From the NCBI RefSeq assembly GCF_964355755.1, contig NC_092676.1, positions 5,433,888 through 5,497,887 on the forward strand: 64,000 bases of DNA, written 5' to 3'. This DNA comes from Antedon mediterranea. Its lineage: Eukaryota > Animalia > Echinodermata. This document shows positions 39,301 through 51,300 of the stretch, piece by piece. How positions within the stretch are numbered: the first letter of the stretch is position 1; each line of letters starts with the position of its first letter. The notes under the pieces were generated by a model. It was not told the DNA's origin. It saw only the letters and a program-made list of their open reading frames with translations, and ran no database searches. A program made the translations under genes and the position numbers.

Positions 39301-42300
39301 ATCATAATAATTTCGTTGCTTAATTTGTTTGAAAATAAATAAAAAAATAATTCATAACTATGTTTGAAGTATTTACAGCATTTAGATAAAAGCTGACCTA
39401 TCAAACTGCTTGAAAATTGTAATTGTTACTGTACATTGTTTTTACTTGGAAGGTATTTGGGTTATAACCGAATAAGTACATTGCCAGCCAATGTATTTGA
39501 TAGATTGACAGCACTGATAACACTGTAAGTATTTAGATCATATTAATTTCTTTGTTTAATTTGGTTTAAAAATAAAAATTAAAAATAATGAATAAAATAA
39601 TGTATATTATGCTTTGTATCATTTAATAAAACCACTTATAAGCATTAGTAAAATATTTAATATTAACAAATTATGATACCAAATATTTAGAATTTTCTTT
39701 AGAAATTATGTCTATGAGAATAGCACTTTCTATTAATATAATTTATTTTTGCCTGATTAAAATATACTGATCAGCATTTACAATGTAATGTCCCTATCAT
39801 TGACTTAAATACTATAAAAATAATTTAAAATGTATAAAAAAAATAAAAATTGATGTATCGAACATCTTGAATATTGTGTACAACTTTGATACCATGAACA
39901 GAGACTACAACAAACTGTAAATAGCCTAAATTACTTACCAAGGTATAAAGGTGCGATGTACATACATAACACCTGGATCTTGATCATAATAATTTTGTTG
40001 TTTAATTTATTTGAAAATAAACAATGTTTGGTAGTAAAAGTTGACATATCGAACAGCTTCAATATTGTAATTGCTACTGTACATTGAAGGAAGGAACACA
40101 ATAAGTACATTGGCAGCCAATGTATTTGATAGATTGACAGCACTGACAGAACTTTAATTATTTTTGCTCTTTTTATTTGTTTAATTAGTTATTAAAATAA
40201 TTAATAAAATAATGTATAATAATAAATATTATACATTGTATCTTTGTATAATGTAATCAATACATACAGAGTTTAAAAACCACTTAGCATTAGTAAAATA
40301 TTCAATCATTAGGCCTATCAATAAATTATTACAAAAATATTTAATACTGTTTTTCAGTCAGTAAACCTATAAAGTTTTCATCAATTTCTTAATGAAAAAT
40401 TTGAATGTTCAATGTTTACCCAAACAGCTTGAATATTGTAATTTTACTGTATTGTTGTTTTTTACTTTGAGGGGATTCGTACTAAAACCGAATAAGTATT
40501 TGATAGTAGTTTGACAGTATTAAACCTATTGTTCTGCAGTTTAAACGCTGAAAAAAACGACAGAAGAATATATTCTCTTTCTTGAGCTATACTCGTTCAC
40601 TTTATTTCTATCTATCCGTTCATCCGGGTAAACTAAAATACAAACAGAGAAACAATTGACACGACGCAATGAAGCATGTCCCTAACGTATACTATACGGC
40701 CTAACATACATAAATCGCCGTTAACATAGGCATACTATCATCATTATGTCTATCAAACATAACTAACTCAAAAATAATTAATAAATACAAATTATATAAT
40801 GTAAATACCTGATACTAGGGCTCACTTATATAAGATTCTGTCTCCACACGGAGCATTAAAGGTGTACAACAACGTTAATACAACGTATCGCCTATTGTGC
40901 ACAACTTTCATACCATGAACAGTGACTACAACAAACCGTAGCCTAAATTACATACCAAGGTATCAAGGTGCGATGTACATACATAACACCTGTATCTTGA
41001 TCATAATAATTTCGTTATTTAATTTGTTTGAAAATAAACAGTGTTTGGTAGTAAAAGTTGACATATCGAACAGCTTCAATATTGTAATTGCTACTGTACA
41101 TTGTTTTTACTTTGAAGGGATTTGAGATATAACCAAATAAGTACATTGGCAGCCAATGTATTTGATAGATTGACAGCACTGACAAAACTGTAAGTATTTT
41201 ACTCATATTAATTTCTTTGTTTAATTTGGCTTAAAAATAAAAATTAAAATAATGAATATAATAATGTATAATATGCTTTGTATCATTTAATAAAACCACT
41301 TATAAGCATTAGTAAAATATTTAATATTAACAAATTATGATACCAAATATTTAGACTTTGCGTTAGAAATTATGTCTATGAGAATAACACTTTCTTATTA
41401 ATATTATTTATATTTGCCTAATTAAAGTATAATCATCAGCATTTACAATGTAATGTCCCTATCATTGACTGAAATACTATAAAATAATTTAAAATGTATA
41501 AAAAAAATAAAAATTGATGTATCGAACATCTTGAATATTGTAATTGTTACTGTACATTGATTTTACTTTGAAGGTATTTGGGGGTGGGGGAGTGGGAGGC
41601 CGGGAAGGAACAAAATAAGTACATTGGCAGCCAATGTATTTGATAGATTGGCAGCACTGACAGAACTTTAATTATTTTTGCTCTTTTAATTTGTTTAATT
41701 AGTTATTAAAAATAATTAATAAAATAATGTATAATAATAAATATTATACATTGTATCATTGTATAATGTAATCAATACATACAGAGTTTAAAAACCACTT
41801 AGCATTAGTAAAATATTAAATCATTAGGCCTATCAATAAATTATTTAAAAAATATTTAATATTGTTTTTCAGTCAGTAAACCTATACAGTTTTCATCAAT
41901 TTCTTAATGAAAAATGTGAATGTTCAATGTTTACCAAACAGCTTGAATATTGTAATTTTACTGTATTGTAGTTTTTACTTTGAGAGGATTCGTACAAAAA
42001 CCGAATAAGTATTTGATAGTAGTTTGACAGTATTAAACCTGTTGTTCTGAAGTTTAAACGCTTAAAAAACGACAGAAGAATAGATTCTCTTTCTTGAGAT
42101 ATACTCGTTCACTTTATTTCTATCCATCCGTTCATCCGGTAAACTAAAATACAAACAGAGAAACAATTGACACGACGCAATGAAGCATGTCCCTATCGTA
42201 TACTATACGGCCTAACATACATAAATCGCCGTTAACTAATTAACAAATTATGATACCAAATATTTAGAATTTTCTTTAGAAATTATGTCAATGAGAATAA

Positions 42301-45300
42301 CACTTTCTATTATTAAAGTATACTGATCAGCATTTACTATAAAAATATTTCAAAATGTATATGAAAAATAAAAGTTTACATATCAAACAGCTTGAATATT
42401 GTAATTGCTACTGTACATTGTTTTTACTTTGAAGGTATTTGAGCGGGAACTACATCCGTACATTGCCAGTCAATGTATTTGATGGATTGACAGCACTGAG
42501 AGAACTGTAAGTATTTAGATCATATTAATTTCTTTGTTTAATTTGGTTTAAAAATAAAAATAAAAATAATGAATAAAATAATGTATAGCACTGTAAGCAT
42601 TTCTTTGTTTAATTAGTTATTAAAAATAAATAATAAAATAATTTATAACAATAAATATTATACATTGTATTATTTTGTAATGTAATCAATACATACAGAT
42701 TTTAAAAACAACTTAGCGTTAGTAAAATATTTATTCATTATCAATACATTCATTTAAATAAAATATTATTACTGTAATTGATAGTTTTTAAAGATATTTA
42801 ATGATAGGCCTAATGGTAATAAATACATAAACATTTTCAAATATATTTTGTCTATAAATATTTCCTAATTAAAGTACTCATCAGTATTTACTATGTAGAT
42901 AATTCATTGACTAAAAGATTATAAAAAAATTCAATAATAATAATATAATATAATCAAGATGATGCTCATTTCTTTCACAAATGCTTTATGGAAATATATT
43001 ATTGTTTATACCTTAACCGTATAATATAAGTTTGTTAATATTATACAGAGGTCTAAATTGTTACTGTTGTACAAAAACAATAGTAGCTTAATTGTTTAAA
43101 GATCCATTATTCATTCATTTGATTTATTGATGGTCAAAAAGAGTAAAATAAAGTATTTGAAATTATTTTCTATTGTTCAAAGTTAAAAATTCACAAACAA
43201 ATATAAAAATGAATTAAATATTATTAATTAGTCTTAATTTAAACAGGTTATAAATTATTATATTACTAAAAATATTAAGATGCACTGCACTCATTGTTAA
43301 AATATGCTATAGAAATTGTGTCTATGAGACTTTCCTATTTTAACATTATAAGTATCATATCAAACAGCTTGAATATTGAAGTTTTACTGTACATGTTTTA
43401 TACTTTGAAGGTTCTTACATGGTAACCAACTAAGTACATTGCCAACCAATGCCTTTAATGGTTTGACATCGTTGACATATCTGTGAGTGTTTTTTTATGT
43501 TTACCATAAAGTTTTTCATAATGTACATCCAGTAGGGTAATCTATACATCTTACAAGATGCCTTTTTTTAGTCGCGTGCAAACGTGACTCTACAACTCAC
43601 TATGTCGGTGGGTCAAATTTGAGTACGTGAAAGCGCCCCGTGGTCAACAATGTTTCTTGGTGTCCCCTTAGGGAAGCCTTTTAGGTTCGTGTTATCTCCA
43701 GTTAGCCTATCATTTCCAAAATTACTGTAAAAATTATATTCATTGTCATTTAGGTAGTTGGTTATGGGATTATAAATACAAAAAAGATACCTTTATTGTC
43801 AAATAATGTGCATCTGTTTATGGGCGATGTATTTGTGTTTGACACTGCTTAAATTTAAAAGCATTTAGGCTTTTAACAATAATTTAAAGTTTATAAAAAA
43901 AAGAAAGTTGGAAGTGACAGTTTGGCTTCTGTAACTATAAATTTAAAATTACCAGGATTTAAACATTTTTAATGGTTTCTGTAAATGTTTAGATATAGAA
44001 ATTTGAACATATTTTATAATTATGTCTAAATGGATCTGGAAATTGCATAATTTAACTTTTGTTTATTTATAAGGTCTATTTTGTAGTTGTCATTTCCATA
44101 TACTTTCAGTACGTCTTATATCTAGTTGGAAGCTGGAATGCTCATTTATTTTGAATGTCAATTATTTTGCAAGTACAATGTATCCATTCATAAAGTGATT
44201 TTGTATTACTAATGGTAGTTATTTATTTTCAATAAAGCTAATATCTAATTTATCTTGTTTGCAGGAATTTAGATAACAACGCTATACATATTGCACTACA
44301 TTGCAATATTGCAATGTAGTGCAATATGTATTAATAAATACAAAAAAATTAATAATGTATATTATGCTTTGTATCATTTAATAAAATCACTTAATATTAA
44401 CAAATTATGATACCAAATATTTAGAATTTTCTTTAGAAATTATGTCTATGAGAATAACACTTTCTTATTAATATAATTTATTTTTGCCTAATTAAAGTAT
44501 ACTCATCAGAATTTACTATGAAAATAATTTCCCTATATCATTGACTGAAATACTATAAAAATAATTCAAAATGTATAAGAAAAACAAAAGCTGACCTATC
44601 AAACTGCTTGAAAATTGTAATTTCTACTGTACATTGTTTTTACTTTGAAGGGATTTGGGCTATAACCAAATAAGTAAATTGTCAGCCAATGCATTTGATG
44701 GATTGACAACAATGATAACCCTGTGTGTATTTTTTCTCGTATGCATTTCTTTGTTTAATTAGTTATTAAAAATAAATACGAAAATAATTTATTATAAAAA
44801 AATAATATTATGCATTGTTTCATTTCATAATATAATCAATACACAGATTTAAAAAAAAACTTAAACTAAAAAATAAAAAAAAATAAAATAAAATATTCAA
44901 TCATTATCAATACATTATTCATTTAAATAAAATATTAATACTGTAATTGATAGTTTTTAAAGTGATTTAATGATTATGTGATTATGTTAATAAATACATT
45001 AACATTTTCAAATATATTTTGTCTATAAATATTTCCTAATTAAAGTACTCATCAGTATTTACTATGTAGATAATTCATTGACTAAAAGATTATAAAATAA
45101 TTCAATAATAATATAATATAATTAAGATGATGCTAATTTTTTTCACAAATGCTTTATGGAAATATATTATTGTTTATACCTTAACCGTATAATATAAGTT
45201 TGTTAATATTATACAGAGGTCTAAATTGTTACTGTTGTACAAAAACAATAGGAGCTTAATTATCGATTATTGATGTTTATACCTTAACCGTATAATATAA

Positions 45301-48300
45301 GTTTGTTAATATTATACAGAGGTCTAAATTGTTACTGTTGTACAAAAACAATAGGAGCTTAATTATCGATTATTGATGTTTATACCTTAACCGTATAATA
45401 TAAGTTTGTTAATATTATACAGAGGTCTAAATTGTTACTGTTGTACAAAAACAAAAGAAGCTTAATTGTTTAAAGATCCATTATTCATTCATTTGATTTA
45501 TTCATGGTCAAAAAGAGTAAAATAAAGTATTTGAAATTATTTTCTATTGTTCAAAGTTAAAAATTCACAAACAAATATAAAAATGAATTAAATATTATTA
45601 ATTAGTCTTAATTTAAACAGGTTATAAATTATTATATTACTAAAAATATTAAGATGCACTGCACTCATTGTTTAAATATGCTATAGAAATTGTGTCTATG
45701 AGACTTTCCTATTTTAACATTATAAGTATCATATCAAACAGCTTGAATATTGAAGTTTTACTGTACATGTTTTATACTTTGAAGGTACTTAGATGGTAAC
45801 CAACTAAGTAAATTGCCAACCAATGCCTTTAATGGTTTGACATCGTTGACAAACCTGTGAGTGTTTTTTTATGTTTACCATAAACTTGTTTATAATGTAG
45901 ATCCAGCAGGTTAATCTATACATTTTACAAGGTGCCTTTTTGTCATCCAGGTATAGGAGGCCTGTTAAGCAAACTCTGTCTGGGCCAAATCGCTTCGGTC
46001 AGACATGATTTTAAAGGCTGGACTAGTTTTGTCTAAATCGGTCAGTCCTGTTTTGGCACCGGATCAACTTTGCGTCTTGCTACACTTCATTCACAACTGT
46101 ACTATTAAGCAGAATATATTTTATTTGAAATACCCGTTTTGGTACTTTTTTAATTATTTGTTGATTGCTACAGTATGTACATGTGGAAACTAATACTTTT
46201 CAATATTTGCAAATATTATCAAATTTGATCATGACAATTTATTTAGATGATAATAATATAAAAAAAACATTAGTTATATAAATACGAATAAAAAAAACCA
46301 TTATTAACATGGATGGGACTAGTTAGAAATAATACAAATGCCTCATTAAATGCAAATATGGAAAATAAAGTTGATATATCTATCAAACAGAATGGATATT
46401 TTAATTCACTTTCTATGCATTTTCTTTGAAGGATATTCCACTGTGAACAATATTATGGCAGTACATGCTTGTAAGTATTTTGTGCATATTTTTATGAATT
46501 GTTCGATAGTATAGTTCAAATAATCAGAATCTGTTTTAGCAATTATGTTTGTCCTGATGTTCACTTAATTTTTTTTGATAGCAAAAATGAAATCACAGGC
46601 AAACCAAACATTAATAAATATTAGTATCTAAACTTCTAAGTTAATTAACAAAAAATTATAATTTGTTTAACTTCATACTGTACATTCTTTTTCAAGTGAA
46701 ACAAATCAAATACGTACATTGGAAGCCAATGCATTTAATGGTTTGAAAGTATTGCAAAAGCTGTGAGTATTTGTTCTTTCAATTTGTATTTACTGGTATA
46801 CACACTTTCATTTCAGAATGTTTGTGAAATAATTTTCCAGATCAAAAATACACTTTTATCATTCATCACCTTGGTGTAGTACTGTAAATCTCAGTTCCCC
46901 AAATATAAAACAGTAAATATTTGTTTTATAACATACATAGGCCTACCTACTACATAGAATATAGTTATATGTTGCTTATTTTGTCTCATAAACCTTGCTT
47001 TATCCATTAACTCAAAGTAACCTACAGTACTTCAGTCATGTCTGTTTATCTTGTGATCTCTGAATTATAAATGTAGTCAAATGGCCAATCTTAGCTGTTT
47101 TATAAATTGCAGTTACCTGTTATATACACACAGCACCAGCAAAGTAACAGGCCTAGAAAACAAACCAAAACAAATTAAAAATAAAAGATCTTTTTTCCTG
47201 GAAGATTTATGAATTCTCAATTATGTTTATGTCCCATAATGATAGTTGAACTATCATCTGCTTTTGACCAATCAGAAGACTTGAATCTTTTAATGTGATA
47301 TATAATAAATAAATAAAATAAACAGAAAATATATTTCTACATTCTTTCCTTCTTCGGAGTGACACAAGGGAAACCAATAGATTGTGATAATTTGATCTTG
47401 AGAATAGTTATTTAAAAAAAAAAATCAATTTTGTAATTTTATAATACTTTCATTGATTTACCTTGAAGGTGGTTGAACGATTTCAAGATAAGTACATTGC
47501 CAACCAATGCCTTTAATGGTTTGACATCGTTGACAGAATTGTGAGTGTTTTTATGTTCATGTTTATACCGTAAAGTTTTCCATAATTTAGATTTCCTTAT
47601 TTTAACATATCAAACAGTTGAATTTTGAATTTTTAATGTGCATGTTTTATACTTTAAAGGCGTTTAGATGGTAACCAACTAAGTACATTGTCAACTAATG
47701 CCTTTAATGGTTTGACATCGTTGACAGAACTGTGAGTGTTTTTTCATGTTTACCATAAAGTTTTTCATAATGCACATCCAGTAGAGTAATCTATACATCT
47801 TACAAGATGCCTTTTTTTAGTCGCGTGCAAACGTGACTCTACAGCTCACTGTGTCAGTGGGTCAAATTTGAGTACGTGAAAGTCTTCATGTCCCCTTAGG
47901 GAGGCCTTTTGGGAGGTTCGTGTTATCTCCAGTTAGCCTATCATTTCCAAAATTACTGTAAAAATTATATTCATTGTCATTTAGGTAGTTGGTTATGGGA
48001 TTATAAATACAAAAAAAAACAATAATTTAAAGTTTATATAAAAAAGAAATATAGTAGTGACAGTTTGGCTTCTGTAACTATAACTTAAAATTTAAATTTA
48101 CCAGGATTTAAACATTGTTAATGGTTTCTGTAAATGTTTAGATATAGAAATTTGAACATATTTTATAATTATGTCTAAATGGATCTGGAAATTGCATAAT
48201 TTAACTTTTGAAGTTTATTTATAAGGTCTATTTTGTAGTGTAATCTCCATATACTTTCAGTACGTCTACTATCTAGTTAGAAGCAGGAATGCTTATTTAT

Positions 48301-51300
48301 TTTGAATGTCAATTATTTTGCAAGTACAATGTATCCATTCATAAAGTGATTTTGTATTACTAACGGTAGTTATTTATTTTCAATAAAGCTAATATCTAAT
48401 TTACCTTTTTTTACAGGAATTTAGATAACAACATTATAACTTCCATAGACCCAGATGCATTTTCTTCTGTTGCTGCATCACTTTCAATTTTGTAAATTAA
48501 CATTATGTCATTTTTGCATGTCTATAACACATACTTAGGCTTTAAAAAATGTTCTTTTGCTGTCATCCGCCCGCCCCCTAATTATCGAAAAAATTAGGGG
48601 CGGACAAAAAAAGAGTTATATTATCGTTGAAGGCACTTACATAAATTAAAAAATACTATATAATATTTTGCACCCAAGCGCCACACTCTGCATCCGCCCG
48701 GCCCTGCCAATACATTGTTAGTATTATTTTTGTTAATAATAACAAATGATAATACAGTACAGTATGTAACAGGAATCGGATTATAAACATTGTCACGATA
48801 TTTCAAATAATCATGTTTGCAGGATTTTTTATTTAATTTGTTTTTTTGATTGCAAAAATATAGTTTATATACTTCATACTGTGCATTCTTTTTCAAGTGA
48901 AACAAATCAAATAAGTACATGGGAAGCCAATGCATTTAATGGTTTGAAAGCATTGCAAAAGCTGTGAGTATTTGGTCTTTCAATTTGTATTTACTGTTAT
49001 ACACACTTTTATTTCTTTATTTCTTTCTTTCTTTCTTTACCCATAAATATAAATTATAAACATTGTAATAATATACAAATAATAATAATTATATCAAGGG
49101 AAGGGCTAAAAAATAGTTAAAACTAATCAAGTTCAGCCCCTAAACATTGAAGTATAAATAGTTATATAAATAAATTAGGGCTACTTGTCTAAAATAAAAT
49201 TAATATACATAAACATTTTTTTTTTTTTAAATACACTTTCTCTCAAATATATACAATATAATTCTCTTATAAAATAAATAAATATCACTATACAAACAAA
49301 TAGTATGTTTTCATTTCTTTTTTGAATTTGCTTTTTGTTAGAAACCTTAAATAATCCGGGATTTCATTCCAGAGCTTTGCACCAGAATACTTGATGGAAT
49401 GTTGTCCTATGTTTGTTCTATATTTTGGTACATACAACTTTTTTCTAGTCTGAGACCTTGATGAATAACGAAAATGAATATACAAAAAATATTTAGGAGT
49501 TGTATCTGGAAATTTACCATGTAAACTATCATGAACAAATAAAGTAATTAAATACTGATGCTGCTGATAAATATTTAAAATTTTAAGTTCTTTGAATAAT
49601 AATGATGTTGGTGCTAGTCTAAGAAATCAGAAGAGTTTACAATATCATTTACATAAATAAGAAACAATGTAGGTCCTAAGACCGACCCTTGTGGTACTCC
49701 ACAAGTTATTGACTTCTCATTAGACTCTATTCCATTTACACTGATACATTGTTTCCTATTATATAAATAATTTTTAAATAAAGCTAATGGCAACCCTCTT
49801 ATCCCATATGCATTTAACTTATCCAGTAGTATTTGATGATTGACTGTATCGAATGCTTTCTTTAGATCTAAAAATATTCCAACAACTATGTTTCCCTTAT
49901 CTAATTTCTCAGACAAATTTTGTACTAACTCAATAATAGCAAGTTTTGTGCTGTACCCTTCTCTAAATCCATACTGTTGATGATATAATAAATCAAATTT
50001 ACTTAAATAACATAAAAGTTGCTTATTTATAATTTTCTCAAATACTTTACTAAATTGTGGCAATACAGATATTGGTCTGTAATTCCCTGGATCTGATGGC
50101 AGACCCTTTTTAAATAATGGAAATACCTTTGCTTTTTTTAAGTCATCAGGGAAGATCCCTGTAGATAATGACAAATTAATTATATACGTAAAAGGTCTAG
50201 ATATATAATCTGCTGCATATATAATTAATTTAGGATTAATTTGGTCCAAGCCTACAGCTTTATTCTTATCTAAACCCTTTAAGATATCATTTACTTCTTC
50301 ATCAACAACATAATTGAAAAATAATGAATTTTGGGGTACAGTTGATAAATATATATTATGATTTACATTTGTGTTATCAATACATTCTTCTGCAAGATTT
50401 TTTGCAATTGAAACAAAATAATCGTTGAAACCATTAATTATTGCTGTTTGATTAGTTTCTATATTAACATTGCCATCACATGATTTAATTTCTAATTTAT
50501 TAGGTAATTTCATTTTCTTCTTACCTCTTCCTAAAATATCATTAATAATTTTCCATATTTTATTTGTATTACCACACTTTTCTTCAAATTGATCTGAGTA
50601 ATATTTCTGTTTTGCTGTTCTTAAGGTGTTTGTAAGACAATTTCGATATCGTTTATACTTTGCTAACATATCTACATTGTAATTAATTTTCATTACCTTT
50701 GAAAATAACCTATGTTTATGTTTAATTGATTTTTTTATACTAGAATTAATCCATGGTTTCTTTAGTTTCTTTCTTAACAGTTAACAGTTTTTAAAACTAA
50801 TGGTGCATGTTTATTACAAACTTCTAGAAATAACCTTTTAAACTCTGTGTAAGCAGAATTTACCTCTTGACTATCAAATACTTCAGACCAATTTACATTC
50901 ATAAGATCATGTTGGAAGTGTTGGATATTAAACTTGGAAAATTTTCTAAATTTGATTTGATCAGTCTGTTGGAAGTAGTCATTAAAGTTCTCTAACATAC
51001 AAAAAGTAGCCAAATGGTCTGATATATCTAATTCTATGGTTCCTGAAGTTAAAAATCTAGAATGTATATTTGTATACACATGATCAATCGTTGTTCTTGA
51101 GCTACTGGTTATTCGTGTATATACATTAATAAGTTGTATAAAGTTTAAGCAAGACAAGCTATTTTTTAGACTTAAAGCATCTGCAGCATTTAAATTACTT
51201 GCATTAATATTAAAATCCCCAATTAATATGCATTCAGTACCTTGTTGTTTAATATTTGCAAGTGACAATTCTAGGCTTTCAATAAATTCCTCAACGTTTG

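Larger units (their letters stand above)
32150..42600 (+). repeat. Higher-order tandem array, about 1.5 kb unit (pseudo-exon C, intact LRR exon A, pseudo-exon B)
   Basis: The same intron blocks recur 7-8 times; C-type starts near 32244, 33554, 36054, 37748, 38774, 40472, 41984. Confidence 0.9.

Noticed and set aside
33459-41206. Recurrent minus-strand ORFs (MRRVNCFSVC.., MLSIYQIHWLPMY..)
   Set aside because: Antisense readings of repeated intron blocks and LRR exons; frames are not preserved between copies
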